Assembly: GCF_964355755.1 (NCBI RefSeq)
Contig: NC_092672.1
Span: 23,077,237-23,141,236 of the forward strand
From: Antedon mediterranea
Lineage: Eukaryota; Animalia; Echinodermata
Reading direction: 5' to 3'
DNA: 64,000 nucleotides
Shown: positions 12,760-26,530 of the stretch, in pieces
Numbering within the stretch: position 1 is the first letter of the stretch
How the letters are laid out: each line of letters opens with the position of its first letter
Made by a program: the position numbers and the translations under genes
Notes under the pieces: generated by a model
Seen by the model: the letters and a program-made list of their open reading frames with translations, nothing else
The model's database searches: none
What the model was told of the DNA's origin: nothing

Positions 12760-15700
12760 TAAGCATACCTGTTACCCTGTTACATACTAAAAGGAAAATA
12801 ATATGTGTTACTAAAGTCACGTATCCATGGTGATTGTGATGACAGGCCCAGACTCTATACTATACCTGATATTACTATACTATCTGAATTAAATATTCAG
12901 CCAGTGTGCAAAAACTTCTGGATACTATTTAAGTTGATTATCAATGAAGCATTCCTATAATGCTAACACCTTTTTAATGTTTATATTATATAATGCTTTT
13001 TTTTATATACACATTATTATACATGGATAAAACATGCAATTGATTTAACATGTTAAATTGATTATTCTAATTACAATTTTTGTTGTAGTGTGTAGTATTG
13101 ATAAAATTGTTAGATTTTTGGTAGGCATGTTATTATGCATAGAAATCTTTTGAATTGCAATAAATAAACACATGACCTTTGTGTACGACAATTAAAAAAA
13201 GCATTATAGTGAACAAAAACTATGATGCCAAGTTGGTGCTCTTGGCAGAAATTTGTTTAAGGATTGTTGTATTTTCTTGAGAAATCAGTAGATCAGAAAT
13301 ATTTAAAAAACAATAAATAAAATGAAGTTGCAACAATTTGAATATCATTTATTAGTAGGAATGTACAAAAGCCCTAAACTCATACTTACAGTGAGAGCTC
13401 ACACATTTCATTTTACATACACATGCACTTGAAAATGAAAGTTACACAATGATGACACATTATCTTCAAAACAAATGTAAATGTACTTTACATTAATTGT
13501 TTCTCCACTTAACTGTTTTCCTAGTCACATATTATCATTTATTATATGGGACTGTTTTGTACTACAATTCTTTATGCTGTTATCAAAATGACTTTATACT
13601 ATACTGCAATATTTACATTGATCTTCTGTTCTGGTAAAGTAGACCCTATCATAGAGGCTTACACTATGTATATCAAGGTCTACTCGCCCTAATTTGGCCA
13701 AAATTTTCGGCCAACATTTTCGGCCGCTATAAATGTATTGGCCACGAAACATTAATTACATTACTCAAAATTTGCGCCACCTTAATTCTGTAGTATTTGT
13801 CCATAGTATTTCAAAAACGAATTCTGCTCATTATAATATTTTTAATTCATTTCCACGTCTGTTCATAATTTGCCTCCAAATGTTAAAGATAGTCTAGTTT
13901 TTTCCCTTTCTTCATTTATATATTCACTTAAGAAAAACTTGCCTCAAATACCTGTCTGAACTCAATGAAATGTGAAATGTTATTTTAAACTGTTTTTCTG
14001 TATTTAAGTTTATTTAATTTTTACACTTTAGGGGTGTCATACTTGATTTCATCGTTCACACCAACAGTGGATTGAATGTAATGTTTAAATATTATCTACT
14101 CAACAAAAATATATTCCATTTGTATAATGTATAGTAATAAATTAATAAACCTTACATTATGCTTTCTTTGCGAATCTAAATACCTTATAAAGTATGAATA
14201 CACATGTGGTTGATAACCACAATAAAATAAAATATAGATAAATTGGCCAGACATGACATACATGTTCTTTTAATTCTAATTGGTACACATACTGGCCCAC
14301 ATCTTTCTGTTTCACTACACCATACTGGTCCTGCCAGTTGAATCTATTTCTACAGAGCAATCTCACTATTTAAACAAATTCCGAAACTTATTTAAAAGGT
14401 GAGATTCTATGGTGTTTTCTGTCTGCAAATAACTTTCTGAATTCCAATAATTCAGACAACAATGAATAAAAATAAACAAGAAATAATTGTTACTGTAAAA
14501 AAAGACTTTCTGAGATAACAGTTTTAATTATTGTTCTTTCTTCATTAAATGATATTTTCTAAATTGATATTCTATTTAATAATTTAAGAAATAAAGATTT
14601 ATTATCAATTATTTTTGTTTAAAAATCAGTAGTAAACATTTTGTGTAACATAAATATAGTTTAAATTACTATAGACTATAGTACTATGCATATTCTTAGT
14701 GGCATTACTCCCTAAGGTTGGAGTGACCCACTCATACCCACAAACATTTCAGTGAACAAAAAATGTATAATTTTCCATGAGCCTTCGTTGTACAGCAGCA
14801 GCCGACAAACGTACACACTAATCAAACAATTGTCATCTATATACACCCCATTCGGCAAAAATATTTACCATAGAGAAAGGATTGTTTTGACCATTATTCA
14901 ATGATATATATGATGGTAATTATACTTGGCCTCTATGTTGACAGCCAAAACACAGTTATTGTTTATTGAACATAGGTCTTACAAACTAATGTCTGCATAC
15001 TGTACATATCTCAAAGACCCTCTGTGGGCATGCCCAGTTTGAGTTTACAAATTCCCATTTAGACTTTCTTACCAGACGTGCTTTGGGGTGTGCTCATGCC
15101 CAGTTTGTGTTTCTAAATACCCATTTTTTCAGCCTCAGTAATCTATTATAAGCTTCTGCATGGCTAATGCTTCCGTTCTCTTGAATGTAACTGCCTAAAG
15201 GACTGGTGCGAAAATTATTGTTTACTTTTGAAAATTAACTTTTTTATTTATTTTATTTACTGAAGTATAAAAAATGTTGATGGGATAAGCATATAATTAT
15301 GGAACATACAGCACTTTATTTGTTTATTGGTATACTCCTGGTGAGCATGGTCTACTATGAAAGTTTTAGCCTCAGTGAATATTATTCACATCCTATACAC
15401 AATATATTGAACTTTTTGTCTTCAATGTTCATCAAAATAATATATTAATATCAGATTATTTATTTTTGTTTTAAATTAGTTATATAGGATTTATATAATT
15501 TTTTATTAGATAATTGTTAGTTGCATTAAATTTGTTTGAAATGTCAGTATGTATACATATGAATAAATAATGTTTATTATTTCTTTTATAATTACTGTAT
15601 AAAGTCTTATTTCCAGTGATTGTTTTTGTTATATCCTTGAAATAAAAAGAATATAACATTTTTTTTGGTGTAAATTTTAATCATTTTAATAAGTCAATTC

Positions 15701-15779
15701 AATAAATATAAAACAAAAATAATAAAGATGTAATAAAATCTATTAAAATGTATAAATTTTAATATTTTTTACATTGATA

Positions 15780-18020
15780 TGATTTGTTTGGCATCAGCCA
15801 AACCTTCACCCCTCCTAACGGGGTTTTATTTCCACAATATTTAGGCCTCTGGCCCTTATATCTTACATACAAATCATACGATAATATTTTCTGGTTGGGT
15901 TACAAAATAATATTTTCTATTTTCGTAAGCTAAATAAACAAAATTTGCTAAATCTTGGACTACTCTAGTGTTGCACATTAAAAAATAAAACTTATTTAAA
16001 CAAGGGAACGTGTGATAAAAATTAGGAATATATAAGTTTCTGAGTTCGGAATAATATGGACAGACTAACATAAAATGAAATTCGTCTTCAATAGAATTCA
16101 TATTGCATAATTTACATAAACGGTTTTGAAGTGGGATTTTGTTCCATCTTCCCTTTTCTATTTCCAAATCTAACACTCCTAAACGAAATTTTGTGAATAT
16201 ATTTTTACGTTTCCAATCTTTTAAGTGTAACAAATGATAACTTATTTCAATTTTCGTTTTAAAATACTTAAAATATTTTAGTTTTGAATGTAAAGAAAAT
16301 TGTTCAGAATATTTTTGTTTTTCTAAATCAATCAGTCGTAATTTAAATTCTTTAATAAATAATTTCTTGTCTTCAATCATTTGATTGTACCAAACATAAC
16401 CAAAGCCGGTTGAACAAAGTAAATGTTTTACCTGACTAGCCCAGCAATATTCATTTCTGTTAATTTTTCTTAACTGAAAACTGTAACATTAACATTAAAA
16501 ATCTATTTTTATCCATGTCAATAATATGCAACCAAAAACGAATAATTGAAATTAAACAATCGACATGCAAGGAAACTCTGCCTAATTCTGTAGTTACGGC
16601 TGCGCTAGGGGCACTTTTTCCAATGTTCAAAATAAACCTCGCAAAACGCGTGTGGAAATTATTAATAATTATTTGGTTAGAAAACCCCCATATTTCACTG
16701 CCGTAAATTAAAATTGGTAATATTTTTGTGTCAAAAATATAATTCCATGTATTTTCTGGTAAATATTTCATATTTCGACTAATAAAAGATTTAACGGAAA
16801 ATAACGCGTTGTTTGCTTTTTGACAATTATACTCAAGTGCTTTGTTCCACTGGCCATTTGAACTAAATACCACTCCTAAATAATTATAAGTCGTAACAAC
16901 CTCCATTTGAATATTCCTGTAATACCATTTTTCAAAATATTTTAGTTTCCCACCCTTTTTAAATACCATTATTTTTGATTTATTTATGTTTACACTGAGA
17001 CCCCATGTGTCACAAAAATGTTCGAGTTTATTTATTACAATTTGTAAGCCCCTTACCGTATCTCCAAATAATACTAAGTCATCAGCGTATAATAAATGAT
17101 TGATAAAGCTGTCTTCAACTTGTATTTTGTCGCTATCTCTACTCTGATTTAGATCATAACTTAAATCATTCATAAATATGTTGAAAAGTAAAGAGGATAA
17201 AGGTGAACCTTGTTGTATTCCAATAGAACAGTCAAATGGAAATGTCACTTTGTTACCAATTTTTACATGTGCAGACAAATTGTTATACATAGACTGAATT
17301 ATATTGTACATATATATACCATTTACACCTATTAGTTTTAATTTAAGTAAAAGAAAACTATGATTTATACTATCGAAGGCACGCTTGAGATCAATGAAAC
17401 AGCAGAATACCCTACCTCGTTTTTTACTTAAATATTCTGCAATGATACTATTTAAAATAAAAATATTGTCGAATGTGCGAAAACCCTTACGAAAACCTGC
17501 TTGCTCTTGATAAATAATGTTGTTATTTTCAGTGAAGTGGTCTAATCTTGATTTAAGGATGTGTAACAAAATTTTGCCAAGTATCGGAATAAGAGCAATG
17601 CCTCTGTAATTTTCTGGCTTATTCTTTTTGCCCTTTTTGTAAATAGGAATTATCATGCTCGTCGCCCATTGTGTTGGGAATTGGCCCAACTGAAAAATTG
17701 AATTTTGAGTTTTAAATTATCAAATAATAAATTGGGTGCATTTAAGATATATTCTAAAAACATACCATCCATACCAGGAGATTTTCCTGATTTCTGCATT
17801 TTCAATGCTTGTTTGATTTCACCCAAGTCAATTTCTGAATTGAGGTTATCGTTTTTGTTAACAATGTTATGTACTATTTCGTCTGTAACTTTGTTAACTG
17901 GCTCGGGGGTTCAAACAGTGATTGGAAATGATCTCGCCATTCGTTAATTGTTATTTCAGAAGTTATTGTTTGTTTATGAGTTTTTAATTTTGACCAAAAC
18001 CTTCACCCACTTTAAAGACA
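15780..18020 (-). mobile_element. 5'-truncated, frameshifted non-LTR retrotransposon (RT plus C-terminal CCHC finger; RTEX-like by inference)
   Basis: ORF 16460-17689 has NYRGIAL, QAGFR, IDLKRAFDS, GIQQGSPLS and YADD. ORF 15874-16380 has CKLC..EDEFHFMLVC. The upstream frame near 17760-17795 gives GKSPGMDG. Frameshifts near 17695 and 16470. Boundaries approximate. Confidence 0.88.
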
Positions 18021-18164
18021 GGCTTGAGCTATCCAGTGAGGTATGAAAATGGTCATGGTATTTCTACAAACTGTCCATTTGATCTAACAAATTAAAAAAA
18101 TGAAAACATGTTTATACATATATCTGTTATGTGGTTCAAAAAGATGTCTAAAATTTATCTATTT

Positions 18165-18265
18165 TAGTCGTGTGCAACGTGATTCTACAGCTCACTATGT
18201 TGGTCGGTCGGTGAACACTAACTCAAATTTGCGCACACGACTGCAGCCATGTATATGACCTTGTT
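18165..18265 (+). mobile_element. Short HINE-type element related to 4151-4274 and 40191-40300
   Basis: TAGTCGTGTGC..CTCACTATGTTGGTCGGTCGG..GCACACGACT..CCTTGTT, flanked by T runs. Confidence 0.7.
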
Positions 18266-19141
18266 TTTTTATCAGATTAAACTCAACATTAATATTGTTC
18301 AGGGAAAATTTTCATTTAAAAATTTTGTTTAGCAATATTGCTAATCAAACTGATTTTTAAGTCGAGAAACATAGTTTTGTATAGTATTTTTTGCTACACA
18401 ATTTTCAAAATGTGTAGCAATAAGGTTGTTTTGTATAGCTTTTTGCTATGCTACACTGGCGAAAATGTTCCCTGGAAACAATCAATGTTTAGACTAATGT
18501 GTGTACGTCAAACCTTTTAAAACGGACAATGTTTTGTTGGTACACTAACAAATCTTTCTTTAGAATAGTGCAGGCCATTATCTCTGATAATATAAAATAA
18601 TAGATTTGCATTACATACAAAATAATAACCATGTGCAAGGCTTCCAATTGAAATGAAAGTACCAAAGCAATCGATAAAATAGGATATGCTACACTCACAA
18701 TAACTTGTACTAGCTAATGCCACCATCACACCATAGAGCAATGAACTATTTCTTTGTTCTATGATCGCACAAAGGATAATTTAAATATATTGAAGTTTTA
18801 AACATGCCCCTGAAAGTAAAAGTTTGTACACCTAACCAATCCAGTAGTTTAATATTTAAACAATATTAAATAAAAAAAAAGTTAATTAATTTAAATACCA
18901 GGCAACAACATTTTTATGTAAAAACTGGAATAATAATAAAAATGTATACAAAAGTAGAAATAAAATTTAAAAAAGCTAATTTGATAGTATTTGTGTGCAT
19001 TGCGTATATGATCACACACACAGCAAATACAAGTTACAAATTGAATTTGAAAATTGACACTTAATGGATGTATAATTATATAAAATATTAATTAACCAAT
19101 AAATATGTAAAAGATGTAACTTGTATGATTTTATATTTTAG

Positions 19142-19240
19142 GGTGGAGAATCAGCTTTGCATTGGGCAGCTAAGGCAGGTCACTCAGCCTGCTGTAACCT
19201 GCTGGTTGATGCAGGGTCAGACATCAATATCCAAGACATA
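19142..19240 (+). CDS. Ankyrin-repeat internal exon A1: GGESALHWAAKAGHSACCNLLVDAGSDINIQDI
   Basis: Acceptor ttttag, donor gtaagt, 99 nt = one 33-aa ankyrin repeat, phase 0-0. Not in the ORF track. Confidence 0.93.
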
Positions 19241-22186
19241 GTAAGTTATACATTCTTTCATAGTCATATTTTTTGATATTTTGTATTTTAAATATAATGA
19301 TCTTTTGAATAATAATATCTGCATGTTATAATGCTATTTAATGTTTTTATTTAACTGTATTGATGCTAGAATTGGCATTATTTGAAGTTTTTCAATATAT
19401 TTTTTTCTCTGATATTTAGTCATAAAAATTGCTATGACACTATACATTTTGTCATGTTTAAACATTTCCATTGAACTCTTTATAAAACAATAAAAACTAC
19501 AGCAACATACTATTGAAATATAATCCTTATTCCAAAGTGTAGATAATTAAGTCGGAATTATGTACACTTCTATTACACAAAATTTCAATTTTTTTTAGTT
19601 CATTTTCACAAAACTGTTTAATAACTTTTGAAACACTATGATTCTACCTATATATCACATAGAGGTACAAATGATCAAAGATGCTAGTTGATAGACATAT
19701 AGACTGTATTCATTTATTTTATAATTATTATCATACTCATTTGCCTTTATTCCTTTCAACAACATCACCACCAACTCCAACCACCTCCTGGTTATAGTAA
19801 CCACCACCAATCCCAAGAATGATGATGCAGAATTTGGTTGAGAGCTAAAGTGATCTTTTAATACACACCACAATTATAGTTCTTTGTTATTAGGTTGTAA
19901 TTATTTTTTCCATATACAATATAAGATACAGATAGTATATCTGCCACATTTATTCTTTCTTTATACTCAGGATTAACAAACATAAATAAAACTGAAATAG
20001 CGGCACAAATATAATTTTTGTAAGTTATTTACCGTACCTAGTTTTTAACAAATCACCTTACATAATAATTACAGTATCAAACCACCATTACAATGTCATA
20101 CAAAATGAAAAAATAAACAAATCATCATTAGCATAACTAGGTGATGATTGATCCATAGCAATATTTTTAGTCTATTTAAAAAAATGTTTATTTCTTAAAA
20201 TTTATTTAGATATACATACACACATAGTAAATTATAGTAAACAAAAAATAAATGGAAATTGTTTAACACTAAACAACCTACATTAGAGGTGAAATACCAC
20301 TAAGAAACACAAGAAAGCTGAACTTAGACTTAAATGTTCTACACAACTGTAACAAGTTCAGAGTGTATCCAACATTTAACATTATGACATATTTTAGACC
20401 ACTGACAATGGTGATCACCAGTGCTTCGCAAAGTCTGCAGTTGCACTTTATATCATGTTTTATTCATTGATATTTATCTCCATCATCCAACTTTATCAAA
20501 CAAAACTTTTTTGAGGATAAACATACAGTAGCTATATTTAAGGTTCAACTTTAATCATTTTAAAAAGTTTAACATTTTCTAACATTAATGTTAAAAGATT
20601 ACTTTTAAAAGAACTTATATTATAATTTCAATTTTCAGTACAAGCTATTTAACAATTTTAAAAAAATATATGCCAAGTTATTGTAGCATAACTTTATATT
20701 TTAATCAATGGATGTAAATGACTTTGCATTATATAAATGTATTACAATTGTCTTCATTGTTGTAGATTCTATTTCAGCACAACCTTTTTTTAAAACTAAT
20801 ATTGACCTTGGTTCATCCTTGTTTCAGTTTGATGGTCCTACCTTTTCAATAGAATTACATTCATGTTCACAGAGTAAATTAAGATTTATCACCTTTAAAA
20901 ATTAAATTTAATAAAACTATATCCCATAACAATTTTCCTATGAATAAATAAATGGAATTATTCTTAGTTTATTGATTTGATTCAGACCAATTTCATACAC
21001 ATTTAGCAATATTTTTTTCATTTTTTAACTAATAATATGCATAGAAAATGTTTATTTTACAACTACAATACCTCATAGTAATTCATTTATTTACTTTTTT
21101 ATGGCTTTAACTAGTTGAATTCTCTCATGGTACCAATATAAAGTCTTAATTGGCAATAAATTTCTATTGATCATACATTCTAATAGTTAATGTTTCATAA
21201 TTTTTGTGATTTTATTGTGTTACAATAAAGGAAAAATAAACGGTGTGGGAAAAAAAATTATCAGATGACTAAATATATGTAATATAACGTTTTAATACAT
21301 TTCTGGTGTTTTTGTGCAACTTCACATTTTTATTTTTGTGCTATAGTTTTTAGTAGTAAACTAAATTTATCTTCCCATTTCCACCCTCTAAGACAGAATA
21401 GTCCAACTTCCCTTCCCCTGTAGTAGAGCACCGTATCAAGAATGTTAAATAACAGACAAGAGACATAAAATTGCTTGTCTACATACACTTTATTCACAGT
21501 ACACATTTGGCTGAATGCATATAACAACATTACTATAAGCCCAACAACTGGGAAACCTTTAACACGTGGCTTACCTTTCATCGGTCATGCTTTTTTAACA
21601 ACCTACCTTAAACCCCTGCATTAGCGGCTAAGGTAACACCAACCCAGCGAATGCTATGCAGTCCAAATAGATACTTATTGTACCCACATCTTCGTAAAAT
21701 ATCCTTAAACAGCACGGCAGCGTGAATAGGACATCTTGCTAGTGGCATGTGGCTACTAGTCGATTTCACTGACTAAATAGTGCTAATGTGGTTCCATGCC
21801 TTCTACTCTCTATATCAGCATGTATAAAGACCCAGGTATCGTGTCCAACAATAATGTCCAACCACCAATAGTTCTTGATAGTTCAAACACTGAATTATTT
21901 AATATTTTAAATAAACTAAAATTTACACTATGTAGTATTTTTGTAAAAATTAAAAATAAAATATGCACTAAATGTTAATTTTCCTTTTACCTAAACCTTG
22001 TATTATTTTAGGTAAATACAGAATTTCATTTACAGTATTGTGGTACAAAACTATGGAACAATCAAGTCCTTCTGTTTCTGAATTATTTCTTGTAATGTTA
22101 AATCTTTGATTAGTTTTACACCTTTTCACCTTCTGTTAATTATTTAAGAATTACTGACATTCAGTGATTGAAGTTTCTCCTTCATC

Positions 22187-23842
22187 CATAGTTGCCATTT
22201 CTGGCATTATTATGCTTTTTGGCATTATTTAGAGGCCCATGGCATCTGGCATAATGCCGCGGCATTATTTAGCCGTTTTTAGCATAATCTGGCATAATTT
22301 TGTGTTTTTTGAACAACCAAAAAAATAATATACCACAGAACAAAAATAAAATATTTTGTTTAATCTTGCAATTTAATACATATCACCTTACACAATATCA
22401 TAAAACAAAACAAAACAGATCTGTTCGGGTTTTCCGTACAATAGTTCTTCCATCCTTTTGTTTCGGACTTAAATAGACTCTTCGGATAGGAAGGCTGCTC
22501 GAAAACTACCGTGTCTGCGATATAGGCAGCACAACAAATCCGAAGAGGCTAGCTATTGGCCAATTATGTTGCTCTATTTCAGAGACCATGCAGGTTATTG
22601 GATCCCCAGATATAGAGACAATTGAACGAAAACATTATGAAAGGGGCTTTGTTGTTTCAGTTCATAATTATAAGTGGCCGCACCCCTACCCCAACCCTTA
22701 AAATGGCAATTTCCAGTAACTAATTAGAAGCTCTAATTTTAAAAAGATTTTCTTCTAGGAGAATTTGTTTTCCATATTTCAAATTATGTTCCATTTGCAT
22801 CGTCGTAGCAACCCTATTTTTCCAAATGTTCTTCACCTCTCAGCCCCAGTAGTGACCATGTGGGCGAGGTAATTTTTATTTAAAATTAAGTGCCATTTCC
22901 GCCCATCGAGCAGCTCTATTTTTCCATTTTTTTTTACCTCACCCTCAACCATGGTGGGGCTGAGGTCCTGGAGACACTTATATATATTTTTATTTCCTAT
23001 TTTAAATTATAATTGCCATTTTCAAAACTATAATGGGCTAAGATCCTGGAGGTTCTAATAAATATATTTTTATTTCATATTTGAAATTAAGTGCCATTTC
23101 CGCCCATTGAGCAGCTCTATTTTTCCCAATTTTCTTCCCTCAGCACCAGCCATGGTGAAGCTGGGGTCCTGGAGACACTTAATATATATTTTGATTTCCT
23201 ATTTTCAATTATAATTGCCATTTTTGAACTATGGTGGGCTAAGATTCTGGAGACACTAATAAATATATTTTTATTTCATATTTTAAATTAAGTGGCATTT
23301 CCGGACATCAGCATTTTTCAAAATTTTCTTATCAACCATGGTGGGGCTGAGGTCCTGGAGACACTTAATATATATTTTTATTTCCTATTTTAAATTATAA
23401 TTGCCATTTTCTAATTATGGTGGGCTAAGATCCTTTCATATTTGAAATTAAGTGCAAAGATCAAGCAGCTCTCATATCTGCTAAAAAATTCTAAATTTCC
23501 ATGGCTGTAACAGGTTTTTTTTTGGGGGGGGGGGGTGGGGCGGGGGAGAAGGGTTTGTGGGTTGGTGTTTGTTTCATTTGCAATTACCATTTTCGCACCC
23601 CAGATATTTTTAGAATTATTAGTTATTACTCACAAAACTAAAAATACAATTTTTGAACGACATAGGGATACAATTTAGGCCCTATTTTGTGTCAGTTGGG
23701 GTTTTACAAACGTTTATTAGACATACAACCGTTGGTGGCGCTGTTTAGGGCCAGATTTTGGGGATCTGGCATTATTTTTCCCAATCTGGCATTATTTGAG
23801 ACAGGATACGGCATAATTTAAATTTTATCGCTGGCAACGCTG
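22187..23842. mobile_element. hAT-type non-autonomous DNA transposon
   Basis: 8-bp TSD CCTTCATC (22179-22186, 23843-23850). Imperfect 11-bp TIRs CATAGTTGCCA / TGGCAACGCTG and subterminal GGCATWAT repeats at both ends. Single CCTTCATC in the empty site near 31666. Confidence 0.92.
22870..23460 (+). repeat. About 200-bp tandem repeat, 3 copies, inside the hAT element
   Basis: aaattaagtgccatttccg..ggtcctggagacacttaatatatattt recurs near 22884, 23084 and 23285. Confidence 0.85.
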
Positions 23843-24105
23843 CCTTCATCTAATGTTCAAGCTGTATTGTTATAATGTTTTTTTTATTGAAAATTTTCCT
23901 ATAATTTCACACATAAATTAATGTGAAAATGGCAAAAACATCAAAATTTGGATAATTGACCGTTGCCATGGCAACGGAGGCTAAAAAATAAATGAATGTT
24001 GTAGATATGCTTTTTATTGAAATGTCTATTCATGGTAAAAATTTGAGAGAAATCCATTTTTTTACATCTGGCACCAAATCTTTGATTTTTACAGACAATG
24101 GCTCT

Positions 24106-26530
24106 TAAAGTTTAGTTAGCAAAGTTCAAAAGGATGAATTAAAACACCTAATAAAAACCTTAAAAAGAGGCTACAAGGATGCTTGTTTTTCTTGTCTTAC
24201 CATTATTGAATAAATGTTATTAAATTGAAATTAAATTGAATTGAATTCACAACCACCACATATTTAATATACATTAATGACAAAATATGATGTTTTAATT
24301 AAGTTTAACTAAAAATGAAAAACTACAATGTGTATTCCATGCGTACTGTACATCCATTTTTTATTGTTGCAAAGTTTCAAAATGACGCAATGAACTTTAC
24401 TCTGTCCATTGGATTGAATGTTAAATTGACCAAATATAAGTCCTGATAATGAACAGAACAGAGTATGCTCATAAGCATGCACAGATTAATATTTTGTGTA
24501 GATTACCGTATCCTTTCATTTACCGTCCCCTTTGTCTACCATCCTGTCATAAAGTCACTAGTATACAAATAATGAATGTTTATGAGTGTAATGGTACAAA
24601 TAATGGCACGAGGTGAATGATGAAAGGTTATATCAACGAGGCAAAGCCGAGTTGATATAACCTTTCATCATTCACCAAGTGCCATTATTTGTACCATTAC
24701 ACGAATACAAAACATTCATTATTTGTTTTATATAACATCTAAATAAATTCTAGTTATTTGAATCAAATAAAAGGTAGCCCTACCCTAGCCAAAGCTTACT
24801 ACATTTCATTCACACACATTGATTAAAAACAGTAACATTTGGTTTTTAATAATGTTATATTAAATGTTATATTTATATGGATTTCGTAAACACACCTACT
24901 TTTGTGTTAATTATGTCAACAAACGACCAAACAATCCTAGGCCTAGCAAGGCTAAAACGCCTAGGCTAGGCCTAGCCTAAATACTAGCATGGCCTAGGCT
25001 AGGTCTAGTAGCCTAGTACTAGCTTGGCTGAAAGGCAAAACTTCGACAGACAATTGGAACTTATCTAAGCTAATTATGGTTTTTCCAACAATTCCACGTC
25101 TTGTAGGGATGTCCCCATTAATTAATCAAAATCCTAAAAACGATCTAAAGCTAATTTAAATGCCATTTTGAATGAAATTAGTACATAATGTCCAAATCGT
25201 ACACAAATATCTGCTGCTGTTGCATATCTCGCGGTGGTGTTTACAAATGAAACTGAGACCAGACGACAGGTGGCGCTGTTGTATTTCACAGTACATAGCC
25301 ATATCATATAGGATAATTTGTGTACTAGATTTTTTTTCATCCGCGAGACGTTTTTTTTTTCGTACACAAAAATGTTTCAAAAAGTACTATTTAACGATCG
25401 TTGAATAGTGCGTACTATTGCACGCCATGTGACCCACATTCGTCCAATCAAATGACAGGAATTTATATAGGTGTTATATAATAAGTTTTATTGTAAATTA
25501 ATAGCACACTACGTGCAACAGCTAATACAGTAGTACTAATCATTGTCAGTATTTTCATTTTTGTTGTAAATGTATAGTCAACAGAGACCTCTTAGAATCA
25601 GGCTTCTGAGTCATGTCAGTCATACATTCTACTCATTCACCCTTTACCAAAAATTTGGGATTTTTAAAATGTCTTTCTTTCCATCATATATATTCATTTA
25701 GGACTGACAATTTCATTCTTATAGTTTCATTCTACTGTAAAACAATAATACTCTCTTTGTCATTACATTCAGCCTCTTACATTAACATTCAAATTAATTC
25801 AGAATAAATACATTTGAATGATGAAGCCTAAAAAAACAAAAAACAGAATAACTAAAATACAAATAAATTGGTATATTTCTATACTATTGTACCTTATAAC
25901 ACAAGAATCTCCTGTTCGTCCGAAGCGTGTAACAATTTCGAAAGGCATTGTGAGATAGAATAGAGCTAATGGGTGGCGCCATTGTGAGCCATGGAGTAGC
26001 GCGCCCTCATCAAATTAGAAAGTCAAAATCATAGAGGGGATCTGCTAATACTATAGGGGGATAGAGTAATTGACTGAGCCCTCTATAGGAATTAATAGTT
26101 TTGACTTCCTAGTTTGGAGGGGGAGCTGCTCCATGCTGTGAAATGGCTTCGCCCAGTTTGACTTTTTAACCCTGTACATCTAGTACTACTATAAGTTCTT
26201 TTCTTTGATGTAGATGATGATACATAAAACTGTTATAAAGCCTACCAAACATACAGTGCTAGTTGAGGGTGATTATTTGCTTTTTTGTTAAAAGTAAATA
26301 ATAGTCAACCAGAAATAAAACTTGGTTTACTAAAAACTAAGCTTTGGTTGTCAACACAATGTAGGCGCTACGCAAGCGAGTTGACCAATAACAAGCAACA
26401 GTTTGGATAATCCATCACATTGTGATTGGTCAATTTGCTTGATTTAATTTCCAAAAAAATTGGATAGACTACAGACAAATGGACAGACTAAATTTTGGGA
26501 CAAACAAACTTATTACATGCAAGTATTACT
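24106..26530 (+). repeat. Intronic duplication block 3, copy A (sister about 40922-45260)
   Basis: Collinear from ttaaagtttagttagcaaagttc to ggacaaacaaacttattacatgcaa, with a different insertion in each copy. Confidence 0.9.
24564..25481. mobile_element. Unclassified non-autonomous element with a long terminal hairpin and asymmetric short inverted repeats
   Basis: Absent from the sister site (gtcactagtaggttttattg near 41380). Probable TA duplication. Palindrome at 24565-24726. TTATATAACATCTA (about 24728) is the inverse of TAGGTGTTATATAA (about 25468). Confidence 0.8.

Larger units (their letters stand above)
21548..23920 (+). repeat. Intronic duplication block 2, copy A (sister about 31040-34320)
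   Basis: Near-identical from ggaaacctttaaca.gtggcttacc to cctataatttcacaca. The copies differ by a hAT insertion (A) and a Helitron insertion (B). Confidence 0.9.

Noticed and set aside
23524-23562. G-rich run with G-quadruplex potential (also the C run near 10801)
   Set aside because: Simple homopolymer tracts, the G run inside the hAT element, with nothing supporting a function.
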